From positions 3,448-67,447 of the forward strand of contig JARYLT010000003.1 of NCBI GenBank assembly GCA_029907515.1: a stretch of 64,000 bases of DNA. Reading direction: 5' to 3'. Under the pieces are notes generated by a model. It ran no database searches, was not told the DNA's origin, and worked only from the letters and a program-made list of their open reading frames with translations. Shown piece by piece: positions 47,314 through 57,849 of the stretch. The stretch is from Spirochaetota bacterium. Lineage in GTDB: Bacteria > Spirochaetota > UBA4802 > UB4802. Positions within the stretch are counted from its first letter, which is position 1. Each line of letters starts with the position of its first letter. The translations under genes and the position numbers were made by a program.

Positions 47314-48525
47314 TTACCACTTTTCAACTAATTCAAACAGTGCAGCAGCGCCCATACCGCCACCAATACACATTGACTCAACACCATATTTCACGCCTTT
47401 CTTAACCATCATGTTAACAAGCTGTGCAGCCAGTTTTGCGCCGGTGCATCCAAGTGGGTGTCCTAATGCAATTGCGCCACCGTTAACGTTGATGCGGCGA
47501 GTTTTGCTGTCAACCGTCCATTCTTTGGGATCAGCAATGCCTAACTGCTGTGCACAGTAAATTGCCTGTGAAGCAAAAGCTTCGTTGATCTCAAACAGGC
47601 CAATATCTTTCATATCTTTGCCTGTCATTTTTAGAAGTTTTGGAATTGCATAAGCAGGTCCAACACCCATTTCATCAGGTTCAACACCAGCAACTGTGTA
47701 AGCAACTATTTTTACCAGTGGTTTAACGCCGTATTTTCTGCAAGCTTCTTCGCTCATAATAAGAGCAGCAGCAGCACCATCAGTTGTCTGTGATGAGTTA
47801 CCAGCAGTAACTGAACCAAATGCTGCAAATGCTGGTTTTAGCTTTGCAAGTCCTTCTAAGGTTGTATCAGGTCTTACTCCGTCATCAAAGTCCTGGATAA
47901 ATTCTTCTTTTTTGAGTGTTCCATCTGGCTGTGGTACATACTTCACTGCCTTTGTTGGAACTATCTCATCAAACATCTTGTTTTTCTGTGCTTCAGCAGC
48001 TTTCATCTGTGAATGATAGCCAAACTCATCCTGCTGCTGACGGGTAATTTTATACCGGTTTGCTACATTCTCAGCAGTAATCCCCATTGAGATATATACA
48101 TCAGGTTTCTGCTTTGCCCAGTATGGGTGTGGACGTGGCATGTTCCCGCCCATTGGAACTATTGACATGGATTCCAATCCGCCTCCGATTGCAACATCTG
48201 CCCATCCAGCCTGAATTCGCATTGCCTGAATAGCTATTGCTTCCAATCCTGAAGAACAGAATCTATTAACTGTAGCACCACAGGTATCTATTGGGAATCC
48301 TGCCATCAATGCAGCAATTCGACCAACGTTTAAACCCTGCTCAGCTTCCGGGAATGCACAACCTACCATAACGTCTTCTACTACCTTCTTGTCAACTTTT
48401 GCTCTTTCCATTAAGCCCTGAAGAGCGGTTACTAGCAGGTCTTCAGGTCGGGTCTGAGCAAAAGCACCTTTGCCTCTACGGCACCCAGGTGTTCTGACAG
48501 CCTGTACAATATATGCATCTCTCAT
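47314..48525 (-). CDS. fadA: acetyl-CoA C-acyltransferase (3-ketoacyl-CoA thiolase)
   Basis: Thiolase active-site motifs (NRFCSSGLEA, GHPLGCTGA, CIGGGMG). Confidence 0.9.
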   Translation of the reverse strand: MRDAYIVQAVRTPGCRRGKGAFAQTRPEDLLVTALQGLMERAKVDKKVVEDVMVGCAFPEAEQGLNVGRIAALMAGFPIDTCGATVNRFCSSGLEAIAIQAMRIQAGWADVAIGGGLESMSIVPMGGNMPRPHPYWAKQKPDVYISMGITAENVANRYKITRQQQDEFGYHSQMKAAEAQKNKMFDEIVPTKAVKYVPQPDGTLKKEEFIQDFDDGVRPDTTLEGLAKLKPAFAAFGSVTAGNSSQTTDGAAAALIMSEEACRKYGVKPLVKIVAYTVAGVEPDEMGVGPAYAIPKLLKMTGKDMKDIGLFEINEAFASQAIYCAQQLGIADPKEWTVDSKTRRINVNGGAIALGHPLGCTGAKLAAQLVNMMVKKGVKYGVESMCIGGGMGAAALFELVEKW

Positions 48526-48560
48526 AATAATTTTCCTCCTGTTTGCGAAAGATTATATGA

Positions 48561-50966
48561 CTAAATAAATAATGGTTTACCAGTTTGTAAGATATGCGCT
48601 GCCATCTTCTGGGTATTTTCAGTCTGCCACAGTTCAACAAAGGCTTCACGCTCCTGTTTCATCCACTGTTCTTCGGTAATTTCAGTACCGCTTGGAACAT
48701 CGCCACCTGACATGACAAACGCAATCTTCTTGGCAATGAATTCCATATGAGGTGTAATGTACATACCTATCCTCATGTTGAGCATTTCAGCTTCTACCAT
48801 ACCCATAGCTTCACGGCCAATTACTACAAACTTTTCTTTTTTAGGTGGAGCATATCCTTCATCTATCATTCTGAGCACTTCTTTTTTAGCTTCACCAATC
48901 AACAGGTCTCTATTGAATACTACGCGATCTTTTGCAGTCAGGAAGCCTTTTTTCTGGGCTTCAAAAGCTGACATGGTTACCTGAGCCTGTGCAACTGCCA
49001 TGAAGCATGGCAGGAACAATCCTGCAAGGTCAGTTATCTTAGCAGCTTTTGGTACTGACTTGATATATTTCTTCCACAGGTTGAGCATACCTAAACCGCC
49101 AGGAAGTAATCCAGCACCTATTTCAACAAGACCCATGTACAGTTCAGAATGTGCTACAATACGGTCTGCATTCAAACATACTTCGCAACCACCACCCAAT
49201 GTCATGCCATAAGGAGCTGCAACAACAGGTATTGGAGCATATTTTGCTTTCATCAACCCGGCATGTACATTAGCAATAAACTTGTCAATTTCAGACCATT
49301 TCTTTTCTTTTGCAAGGCTACCCATATATGCTAAGTCGCCACCAGCTGAAAATGCACCTGGCATGCCACCAGCCTGGTTGCCTATAACAATACCGGCACC
49401 ATTTTTCAATACGAAGTCGGTAGCGTCGGCTATAAAGTCAACTATCTGCCCATTGATTGCGTTCATCTTGGTGTGGAATTCAATGCAGAATACATCATCA
49501 CCCAGGTCAATAAGTGATACTGATTCGTTCTTCTTGATTTCTTTTCCAGCACCTTTGAGGTTGAACAGAGAAATAGCTGCAGCGCTCTTCTTGATTTCTT
49601 TGTAGCCGCCATTTACCAAGTCATAGTAGAATTCTTTGCCATTTTCAACTTTGTAGAATGAAGTTGCGCCTGATGCCAGCATCTTCTTAACGTTTTCAGG
49701 AACCTTCATTCCTTCTTTTTCCATTCTTTCAACAGACTCTTTCACGCCAATAGCGTCCCATGCCTGGAATGGACCTAATTCTAAGTTGTAACCCCATGTC
49801 ATTGCATTGTCGATTTCAACTATTGAATCTGCTATTTCAGGAATGCGGTTGGCTGCATAGATTGCTCCTAATGCAGAAAGCTTCCATGCAAATTTTGCTG
49901 CTTTGTCATTGCCCCATACTATAGCTTTAATCTTCTCTGCGGCTGTTGGAAGCTTCTTTGCAGCTGATACAGATTCAAACTCTGGTTTTGCAGCTTCGCG
50001 ATATTCTAATTTAGCAGGGTCAAGTACTAATGAAAGTTTCTTGCCATCAGCAGTTTTTTCCTTCTTGTAAAAACCCTGTTTGGTCTTGTCGCCAAGCCAT
50101 TTGTTTTCAATCATCTTGTTGAACCATGCAGGAACCTTGTAAACATCACGGCGCTCGTCATTTTTGAGCAGTTCATAAGAGTTTTCTGCAAGGTGATGAA
50201 TTGTGTCAAGACCAACCATATCAGACAGTTTAAATACAGCAGTTTTTGGACGGCCCATTGCCGGTCCCATAATAGCATCAACTTCGTCAATGGTGATGCC
50301 TTCAGATTCTAACAGCTGCATAACTGTCATGATTTCGTGTACACCTATACGGTTACCAATAAAGTTTGGAGTATCCTTTGCCCAAACAATACCTTTACCT
50401 AATCGTTTTTCACCAAATTCTGCAATAAAATCAAGAACTTCCTTCTTGGTCTTTTCGCCAGGGATGAGCTCTAAAAGATGCATGTAGCGAACAGGGTTAA
50501 AGAAGTGAGTACCCATGAAATGTTCTTTGAATGCATCGCTGCAATTCTTTGACATTTCTTTTAAGGGTAATCCTGAAGTGTTTGATGTTACAACAGCGGT
50601 TGGTTTGCGAATCTTGTCAATCTTCTGGAATAATTCCTGTTTGATCTTAAGATTTTCAACAACAACTTCCACGATTAAATCACAGTCTTTTAACTTGTCA
50701 AAATCATCTTCAAGATTACAGAGACTGATTCGCGATGCATTGCTCTTATCCATAATAAGAGCTGGTTTAGCTTTCATCATGTTGTCAAAACCAGCCTGAA
50801 CAATGCGGTACCGTGCTTTGGGATCCTTCTTCTCTTCATCTGTTAAATTGAATGGAACGATGTCGAAGAGGAGAGTTTCCACACCTGCGTCAGCCAATAG
50901 AGCCGCGATACCACCACCCATGATACCGGAGCCTATGACGGCTGCCTTTTCGATTCTTCTAACCAT
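48561..50966 (-). CDS. fatty-acid oxidation complex alpha subunit: 3-hydroxyacyl-CoA dehydrogenase (N-terminal) fused to enoyl-CoA hydratase (C-terminal)
   Basis: Rossmann motif AVIGSGIMGGGIAALLADAG at the N-terminus and a crotonase fold at the C-terminus. 801 aa. Confidence 0.9.
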   Translation of the reverse strand: MVRRIEKAAVIGSGIMGGGIAALLADAGVETLLFDIVPFNLTDEEKKDPKARYRIVQAGFDNMMKAKPALIMDKSNASRISLCNLEDDFDKLKDCDLIVEVVVENLKIKQELFQKIDKIRKPTAVVTSNTSGLPLKEMSKNCSDAFKEHFMGTHFFNPVRYMHLLELIPGEKTKKEVLDFIAEFGEKRLGKGIVWAKDTPNFIGNRIGVHEIMTVMQLLESEGITIDEVDAIMGPAMGRPKTAVFKLSDMVGLDTIHHLAENSYELLKNDERRDVYKVPAWFNKMIENKWLGDKTKQGFYKKEKTADGKKLSLVLDPAKLEYREAAKPEFESVSAAKKLPTAAEKIKAIVWGNDKAAKFAWKLSALGAIYAANRIPEIADSIVEIDNAMTWGYNLELGPFQAWDAIGVKESVERMEKEGMKVPENVKKMLASGATSFYKVENGKEFYYDLVNGGYKEIKKSAAAISLFNLKGAGKEIKKNESVSLIDLGDDVFCIEFHTKMNAINGQIVDFIADATDFVLKNGAGIVIGNQAGGMPGAFSAGGDLAYMGSLAKEKKWSEIDKFIANVHAGLMKAKYAPIPVVAAPYGMTLGGGCEVCLNADRIVAHSELYMGLVEIGAGLLPGGLGMLNLWKKYIKSVPKAAKITDLAGLFLPCFMAVAQAQVTMSAFEAQKKGFLTAKDRVVFNRDLLIGEAKKEVLRMIDEGYAPPKKEKFVVIGREAMGMVEAEMLNMRIGMYITPHMEFIAKKIAFVMSGGDVPSGTEITEEQWMKQEREAFVELWQTENTQKMAAHILQTGKPLFI

Positions 50967-51360
50967 AAGAACCTCCTACTGAGATGTAATAATTAAATAA
51001 AAATTTGCATACTCCTGCATAAATACACAACTTAATACAATGATGAAATATCAGATTAAATTGTCAATATTTATTATTAAAAATCAGGGATTAATTTAAT
51101 ATTTTCAGTATATAAAATTTAATTTATTTTTATTAAAATGAACATAAATTGTAATATGTTAATACTGCATTTACCACCAGTTGTTCAGGTTATCTTGTTT
51201 TAATATTTTTATATAACGATAGCTTATGTTTTTTAAATGTTTTTTATTGCCATTTTAATGGTTATTTGAAAATCTTATTATTAGTGATGGACTAATTGAG
51301 AATACGATAGTTATTCTATTATGCATTTTGATGTAAAAATCTATATGAAAGGGGGGATAC

Positions 51361-52173
51361 ATGTCTGAGGCACATATCACACTTGAATTTAAGGATAAAA
51401 TTGCGATAGTTACCCTCAATCGGCCCGCGCGTTTGAATGCTTTTAATGATGAGATGTTCGACAAACTGGAACGTATTACTGCAGAATTGCTTAATGCATT
51501 GCCCCGTTCAGTCATTATCACTGGAAGCGGCGAGCGCTCTTTCAGTGCTGGCTTTGATGTGCAGCCCGACAACCCCATGGTGAAACGCATAGTTGATGCA
51601 GTCAGCACAAAGGATAAATCGCCTGCCAAGCAGGCGATTGCGCACATACGGCGCGTGGTTGACGCGTTTGTATCTATGCCAGTTCCCATAATCGCGGCGA
51701 TAAATGGCGATGCTTATGGAGGGGGTGCGGAGCTTGCAGTTCGCTGCGATCTCCGTGTAATGTCACGAGATGCAGTGTTCTGTTTTTCGGAAGCGAAACT
51801 AGGCCTCATGACCGACTGGGGAGGTGGGGCGACGCTTGTGCAATTGGTGGGAGCATCAAAAGCGGCTGATTTGCTCCTCACCGCGCGGAAAGTTTTCGCC
51901 GATGAAGCGCTTGGAATCGGCCTTGTAAATCGGGTGGTCGATAAAGATGCCGTAATGCCTGAAGCGATTGCCATTGCCGGACAGATTGCGGAAAACGGAC
52001 CGAACGCTGTGCGCCACATGCTTGCGCTGGTGAGAAACAGCAGAAACATTTCCCTGGATGCCTCGCTCCAGGAGGAAGCGGAGCGCGCGGTTTCGCTTAT
52101 TGTGTCAGGGGAGTGCTTTCACGGCGTTTCTGCATTTCTGGAAAGAAGAAAACCTGAGTTTCCCGATGTGTGA
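51361..52173 (+). CDS. enoyl-CoA hydratase/isomerase (crotonase) family protein
   Basis: Crotonase signature (AAINGDAYGGGAELAVRCDLRV). Confidence 0.85.
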   Translation: MSEAHITLEFKDKIAIVTLNRPARLNAFNDEMFDKLERITAELLNALPRSVIITGSGERSFSAGFDVQPDNPMVKRIVDAVSTKDKSPAKQAIAHIRRVVDAFVSMPVPIIAAINGDAYGGGAELAVRCDLRVMSRDAVFCFSEAKLGLMTDWGGGATLVQLVGASKAADLLLTARKVFADEALGIGLVNRVVDKDAVMPEAIAIAGQIAENGPNAVRHMLALVRNSRNISLDASLQEEAERAVSLIVSGECFHGVSAFLERRKPEFPDV

Positions 52174-52294
52174 TGTGGTGTGGGTGAACACGAAGAAAAA
52201 GTCAAACTCTTTAGAGGCAAAAAACAAAAATTTTCTGTTGACAATAAAAATGTGAATTTGTAGAGGTGAATGTGTATATTATGATACTATACAC

Positions 52295-52367
52295 GGCGCC
52301 GTACCCAAGTGGCTAAGGGAGAGGTCTGCAAAACCTTTATGCAGCGGTTCGAATCCGCTCGGCGCCT
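52295..52367 (+). tRNA. tRNA-Cys (GCA)
   Basis: Cloverleaf read by hand: acceptor GGCGCCG/CGGCGCC, anticodon loop CUGCAAA, T-arm AGCGG-TTCGAAT-CCGCT. Confidence 0.85.
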
Positions 52368-52371
52368 ATAT

Positions 52372-52457
52372 GCCCAAGTGGTGGAACAGGTAGACACAAG
52401 GGACTTAAAATCCCTTGGACTTTCAAGTCCGTGCCGGTTCAAGTCCGGCCTTGGGCA
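52372..52457 (+). tRNA. tRNA-Leu (TAA), type II with long variable arm
   Basis: Acceptor GCCCAAG/CTTGGGC, anticodon loop CUUAAAA, variable arm GGACTTTCAAGTCC, T-arm GCCGG-TTCAAGT-CCGGC. Confidence 0.85.
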
Positions 52458-52477
52458 CATTGTTTATCTTACAGTAA

Positions 52478-52819
52478 CTATCGCCCCATATCTTTTTTCC
52501 GTACCAGCACATATAAACAAAAAGGTACAATTACCATATCAAGTAGTACATGAAAAAAACTGAAAGGGTTTGTGTGCATATATATAAATCGTATTACACC
52601 CAGTATGCCTCCAATGAGTGGCAGTAATGTTGCAATCCATAAAACCCATTGTTTTTCAATGACAAGCAGTATGCCTATGACTAAATACGCCAGACCAAAT
52701 AATGAAGCAGCAATAACATGCCCATGATGCTGGTAAACCACCAGCTGGGTTAGATGTGTACATCCTGAAAGTATTAATAGTATTCCTGCAGTAAGGGTAA
52801 TTCGCTGATACAGTATCAT
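52478..52819 (-). CDS. small integral membrane protein (3-4 TM), hypothetical
   Basis: Hydrophobic 113 aa. Start at ATG 52819 with a GTGAGGT SD. Confidence 0.5.
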   Translation of the reverse strand: MILYQRITLTAGILLILSGCTHLTQLVVYQHHGHVIAASLFGLAYLVIGILLVIEKQWVLWIATLLPLIGGILGVIRFIYMHTNPFSFFHVLLDMVIVPFCLYVLVRKKDMGR

Positions 52820-53076
52820 GGTAAACCTCACTTATTGTATGAGATTATCTTTTTATAAATTGTATTTGCACAGTGATGAATTTTCAATCATTATTGTAAA
52901 ATTATTCAATCAATGGTATTATACCCTGCAGTATATTTTTTAAGGATTTTTCAGGAAATGATACTATGCAAAGATGTAATTGTATGTATGAATAATGAAA
53001 TAAAATGGAACGTTATGGTATTGTGTAGGGTCTAAAAATAAATATAAATATTTTTATATAACAATCAGAGGCCAGG

Positions 53077-53838
53077 ATGAATAAACGCAGGTATGTAGTG
53101 ATTAGTATAGTGGCACTTCTTGTTGTGATAAGTGGCGGTGTTATTTGCTCTCGTAATGAAAAAACCCTGAAGCCAAAAATTGGGCCAGTTGTAGAGGCTG
53201 TGTATGCATTGGGGATTGTAACACCGTATAAGGAGTTCAGCCTGCGTGTGGGGATGAGCACAAAAATTGAACGCCTCTTTGTATGGGAGGGTGATGCGGT
53301 AAGTGCAGGCAGCCCGCTGGTTCAGCTTGATGGCGGTATTATACTGCGGTCACCTTTTTCAGGAACTATCGCCAAATTAAACCGTAAAGAAAATGAGATA
53401 GTTACCGCACAGGAATCCATTATGACTATCGTTGACCCCAAAAAGATGTATGTTCGTCTTTCGCTTGATCAGGAATCCATCATCAATGTCAGGAAGAAAC
53501 AAAAAGCTCAGGTGAGTTTTGAAAATTTGCGTGGTACGATAATGACCGGTTATGTAAGCCGTATTTACCCTTCGGATGGCGAATTTGTAGTAACTGTTGA
53601 TGTGGATAGTTTCCCTGAAGGAGTGCTTCCCTATATGACCTGCGATGTGGCAATAGTAGTGAGGGAAAAGGACAGGGCGCTCTTTATACCTCAGAATGCA
53701 GTAATTAATAATATGGTTTATGTGATTAGAAACAGGAAAAAACTTATGGTAAAAGTAACGACGCGGAATTTTAAAGATGGCTGGCTTGAGGTGCTTGAAG
53801 GTGATGTAAAACCTGAAGACAGCATTGTTGTACGGTAA
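53077..53838 (+). CDS. efflux transporter periplasmic adaptor subunit (HlyD/MacA family)
   Basis: N-terminal TM, barrel-sandwich/lipoyl-like segments, first gene of an efflux operon. Confidence 0.85.
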   Translation: MNKRRYVVISIVALLVVISGGVICSRNEKTLKPKIGPVVEAVYALGIVTPYKEFSLRVGMSTKIERLFVWEGDAVSAGSPLVQLDGGIILRSPFSGTIAKLNRKENEIVTAQESIMTIVDPKKMYVRLSLDQESIINVRKKQKAQVSFENLRGTIMTGYVSRIYPSDGEFVVTVDVDSFPEGVLPYMTCDVAIVVREKDRALFIPQNAVINNMVYVIRNRKKLMVKVTTRNFKDGWLEVLEGDVKPEDSIVVR

Positions 53839-53846
53839 ATAATACC

Positions 53847-55073
53847 ATGTTTGAATTAGCCATTAAATATATTTTTTCCAGAAAGCTGCAATCATTACTC
53901 ATGCTTATTGGTGTGGCGTTTGGGTGTGGCGGGTATATTGTATTTACATCAATACAGACTGGCTTTCAGAATTTTTTGAAAGAGCGACTTATAGAAAATA
54001 ACGGGCACATAACAATAAGAAGCAGAGAGGATTACATAACAACCGATTCGCTTGCTGGTGTTTTTTTTCAAGGCAAGAACATTTACTGGATTACTGAACC
54101 TTCGGGAAAGCGTTCACATGATTATCTGCAGAGCGCATGGTACTGGCAAAAGCGCCTGGAAAAGCTACCCTACGTTGTGGCAAACACACGTCGAATAGAA
54201 GCAACAACAACCTGTAGCCGCGGATCGTTTTCTCGTTCAATTGCTTTACGGGGGATTGATCCTGTTAATGAACCAAAAGTAACAAATATTGCGGAGGATA
54301 TAATAGAAGGGAAATTGCAGATGCTTTCCAGTGGCAACAACATGGTCATTGTGGGAGTGGAATTGCTGAAGTTTTTAGGTGCAAAAGTTAATGATACTAT
54401 CAATATTATTAATCCTGATGGGCATGTGTATCCTGTAAAAATAGTTGGCATTTATTCTTCAGGTGACAGGCGAAATGATGAGTCGCTGGTGTTGGGTTCC
54501 ATTACCACGGTACAGAATATTTTAGAAAGCCCTGGTAAAATCACAAAGATAGTGGTTAAAACTGTAGACGCAAACAAAGCAGCATTATTTGCTCAGGAAC
54601 TATCACACTACAGTTATGACAGGGTTGAAAGCTGGGATCAGGTCAATGTCAATTTTTTAAGTATGACAAAGCAACAATCGTTAATACGGCAGATAACCAT
54701 GTTTACCTTCATACTTGTAGTGTCATTTGGCATATACAATGTCCTCAACATGATGGTTCACCAGAAGCAGCGTGAGATAGCAATACTGAGGTCTATTGGT
54801 TATACCAGTGCCGATACGGTGATTTTATTTTTATTGCAGGGAGCTTTAATAAGTATCGCGGGTGGTATTATTGGGCTTGTGATTGGGTATGTAGCGTGCA
54901 GTTACATTGAAACAATTAAGCTTCCTGGAAGGCCGATGATGGTTGTCTGGGATATAGCAATATACATGTGGGGTTTTATGCTGGTGGTAACTTCTGCGCT
55001 GCTTGCAAGCTTTTTACCGGCAAAGAATGCTGGCAAACTATCGCCTATTGAAATTATCAGGAGAACGGAATAA
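53847..55073 (+). CDS. ABC transporter permease (FtsX/MacB/LolC family)
   Basis: N-terminal TM, large periplasmic domain, then 3 C-terminal TM (FtsX fold). Confidence 0.85.
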   Translation: MFELAIKYIFSRKLQSLLMLIGVAFGCGGYIVFTSIQTGFQNFLKERLIENNGHITIRSREDYITTDSLAGVFFQGKNIYWITEPSGKRSHDYLQSAWYWQKRLEKLPYVVANTRRIEATTTCSRGSFSRSIALRGIDPVNEPKVTNIAEDIIEGKLQMLSSGNNMVIVGVELLKFLGAKVNDTINIINPDGHVYPVKIVGIYSSGDRRNDESLVLGSITTVQNILESPGKITKIVVKTVDANKAALFAQELSHYSYDRVESWDQVNVNFLSMTKQQSLIRQITMFTFILVVSFGIYNVLNMMVHQKQREIAILRSIGYTSADTVILFLLQGALISIAGGIIGLVIGYVACSYIETIKLPGRPMMVVWDIAIYMWGFMLVVTSALLASFLPAKNAGKLSPIEIIRRTE

Positions 55074-55747
55074 TGCTGGCAATAGAAGCTTCCAATGTGG
55101 TGAAGTCTTTTGGCGATTTTACTGCATTAAAGTCAATTAGCCTGAATATACGTAAAGGTGAATTTGTAGCCATAACGGGAAAATCAGGCTCAGGCAAATC
55201 TACGTTGTTTTATTCGCTCAGTGGCCTTGATGTCATTGACAGCGGGCATGTGCTGGTTCTTGGAAATAATATTCACAACCTGCCCCAGGAGGACCTTCAT
55301 GATTTCAGAAACACAAAAATGGGTTTTGTGTTTCAGTTTCATTATTTAGTCTCAGAGCTGACAGGGCTTGAAAATATCCTTTTGCCTGCTAAAAAGAAAA
55401 ACCTCCATAAAGAAAAACGTGAGTATGCTCTGTATCTATTAGATTATTTTGCGATAGCTCATTGTAAGGATAAATTGCCGTCACAGATGTCAGGTGGCGA
55501 GCGCCAGCGTGTTGCTGTTGCCCGATCACTTATCATGAACCCTGAAATAATCTTTGCTGATGAACCTACCGGTAATTTAGATTCCATCAACAGTGAAATA
55601 GTAATGAATATTTTCCGTGAGATAAATTTGAAGAATAAAACCACGGTGATTCTGATTACCCATGATGATGAGTATGCACATTTAGCCGACAAGGAAATTC
55701 GTTTAAAGGATGGAGAAATTGAATCAGACATATCTCATAAAAAGTAG
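55073..55747 (+). CDS. ABC transporter ATP-binding protein (MacB/LolD-like)
   Basis: Walker A GKSGSGKST, signature LSGGERQR, Walker B IIFADEPT. Confidence 0.9.
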   Translation: MLAIEASNVVKSFGDFTALKSISLNIRKGEFVAITGKSGSGKSTLFYSLSGLDVIDSGHVLVLGNNIHNLPQEDLHDFRNTKMGFVFQFHYLVSELTGLENILLPAKKKNLHKEKREYALYLLDYFAIAHCKDKLPSQMSGGERQRVAVARSLIMNPEIIFADEPTGNLDSINSEIVMNIFREINLKNKTTVILITHDDEYAHLADKEIRLKDGEIESDISHKK

Positions 55748-55813
55748 GCAGGAATAGCAATGAGCCCTCTATCGCAGAGTGATGTGTTTGATACTATTTG
55801 CAGGAGGTAATCT

Positions 55814-56305
55814 ATGCCAGACATATATTACGATCACGGGAAGATTCTGGGTAAGGATGTCTATCGCATAAGGCTAATACCATATTTTCTTATTACCATT
55901 AGTCTTATTTCATGTAATGCTGAAAAGGAATATAGCTATTATCTTGTAGTTGATTCCTATTATGCCAATTTTTACGGATACTACTATATTAATGGAAAAT
56001 ATGAAGATTCTTTTGATGGCAGGGAAGATTATACGGATGAATATGGAAATGCTCATTATTACTATGAGGAAGGACTTGATGTTGAAGGTGATGCAATTAC
56101 TTCAATTAAAGTGTATGCATATAAAGAAAATGAAATGGCTTCGGTTACGATATCACTATGGAAAGATAGCGTTGAACTAACTTCAGAAACAAGTGGTTCA
56201 TACGACGGATATAATGAGGATACTGGGAAATATTCCTTAACAGTTGGACCACTGTATTATGAATTTACTGAGGACGAGGATGAAGATGATGAAGAAAGTG
56301 AATAA
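55814..56305 (+). CDS. hypothetical lipoprotein with acidic C-terminus
   Basis: AGGAGG SD. Lipobox (TISLISCN). Tyr-rich with a DEDEDDEESE tail. Sits inside the efflux operon. Confidence 0.6.
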   Translation: MPDIYYDHGKILGKDVYRIRLIPYFLITISLISCNAEKEYSYYLVVDSYYANFYGYYYINGKYEDSFDGREDYTDEYGNAHYYYEEGLDVEGDAITSIKVYAYKENEMASVTISLWKDSVELTSETSGSYDGYNEDTGKYSLTVGPLYYEFTEDEDEDDEESE

Positions 56306-57776
56306 TGTTTTCAGGATAAACAAAATTGCTCTACAGAGGATGATTAGCGTTTTGTATAGCATTCTTGCCATACTATATTGTATTCCTTTATTGCCATATC
56401 CTATCATTGCACAGGAGAATGCTACTATCATTTCATACGAGCAATATATATCAGTAATTACTCAAAAGTTGCCACAGATTAAAAATAACGTTCTTCAGGT
56501 GGAAAAAGCCTACAATCAGGTGGAGAAAGCTAAAAGTGTGGATGACACAAACCTGATTGCAAAGGGGCAGTATGCACGGCAGAAGATGTACACAACTGGT
56601 AAAAGCCTTTATGAACCTGATTACAAACAATCGTATTACGGATATACGGGCATTGAGCAAACATTAGCTTCAACCGGAACACGTGTGTCCTTGGGACTTG
56701 AGTATAATGCTTCATCTATCACAGGTAATCTGACAATTCCTCCACAGGCTTATTCCGTTGATGAATACAGACCTTCTATAACGGCAACTATCACACAACC
56801 TCTTTTAAAAAATGCTTTTGGTATAATTGACCGGTATGTGAAAAATAGTGCAGCAATGAAATTAGAAATACAGAAACTTCAACAGTTACAGGATGATCAA
56901 TCGGTATTGAATTACTATAAAAAGCTTTATTTCAACTGGGTTTTGTATAGACAGGCGCTTGATATATGGCAGGAAAGTATTACAAATGCAAGGTCACTGG
57001 TGGATTCAGTACAGCGCAAAGCCAGGGCCGGGCTTGCTGAAAATGATGATGTTCAGCGAGCGGTATCATCACTTTTGAACTACGAGGCACAGTATAAACA
57101 ATATGAAATTGCCTATAAATCTCTTTGTGATGAATTATCGCTTTACTTTGATACGTCTATTACCCCGCACATTAATGATATGAATAGTATGTTTGATAAT
57201 GTAGTTTCAGCAGAATATACCGAGGTGCCGTTTGAAAAAACGCGTTCATGGCTTATTGTAAAAAAGAACATGGATGTTATGCAGTATACAATAAACGTTG
57301 CTGATAACAGCACTCTTCCGCAAATGAACCTTATTTTATCGGCATCTCGAAAAAATTATAGTGACCAGCAGAGAGAAGCTTTAAGCAAATTACCCGATAC
57401 AGACTATTCGGTTGGGGTTGAATTTAGTTATCCATTGGGTAACCATGATGCAGATGCGCAGCTTAAAGATTATGAGTTATCACTGAAAGAATTGGAACAT
57501 AATCTTTTAATAACACAGAATAGTTATTATAAGTCTTTACGGACAATTATGCAATATTTGAACGGCTATAAAGAGCTTATTGCAACACATAATAAAAATT
57601 TACAGGCTCTGATTTCACAACGACAGACAGAACGAAAGAAGTATGAACAGGCACGGCTTGATCTACAGTATTTGATTAATACTGAAAACAGCATTGCAAT
57701 GGAAAAGCTTACACTACTGCAACTGAAGGTAGGTTTGCTTGGTTATTATATTGACTATAAAGATTTAACTGAATAA
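56280..57776 (+). CDS. TolC-family outer-membrane efflux protein
   Basis: Signal peptide, two-repeat coiled-coil/beta architecture of the OEP family. Start at ATG 56280 overlaps the preceding gene. Confidence 0.8.
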   Translation: MKMMKKVNNVFRINKIALQRMISVLYSILAILYCIPLLPYPIIAQENATIISYEQYISVITQKLPQIKNNVLQVEKAYNQVEKAKSVDDTNLIAKGQYARQKMYTTGKSLYEPDYKQSYYGYTGIEQTLASTGTRVSLGLEYNASSITGNLTIPPQAYSVDEYRPSITATITQPLLKNAFGIIDRYVKNSAAMKLEIQKLQQLQDDQSVLNYYKKLYFNWVLYRQALDIWQESITNARSLVDSVQRKARAGLAENDDVQRAVSSLLNYEAQYKQYEIAYKSLCDELSLYFDTSITPHINDMNSMFDNVVSAEYTEVPFEKTRSWLIVKKNMDVMQYTINVADNSTLPQMNLILSASRKNYSDQQREALSKLPDTDYSVGVEFSYPLGNHDADAQLKDYELSLKELEHNLLITQNSYYKSLRTIMQYLNGYKELIATHNKNLQALISQRQTERKKYEQARLDLQYLINTENSIAMEKLTLLQLKVGLLGYYIDYKDLTE

Positions 57777-57849
57777 AATAAGTAAAAAGGATTTCCCTTG
57801 CATTCTGTAATTAAAACTCTTTTAATTTAATTTTTATAGGAGTTCACAT

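Noticed and set aside
52295-52367. Possibility that this tRNA is tRNA-Sec
   Set aside because: The anticodon is GCA (Cys) with a standard 7-bp acceptor and 5-bp T-stem and a short variable arm. tRNA-Sec would have a UCA anticodon, an 8-bp acceptor and a long variable arm.
52309-52563. 84-aa ORF overlapping the tRNAs
   Set aside because: It is entirely the translation of the tRNA-Cys and tRNA-Leu genes.
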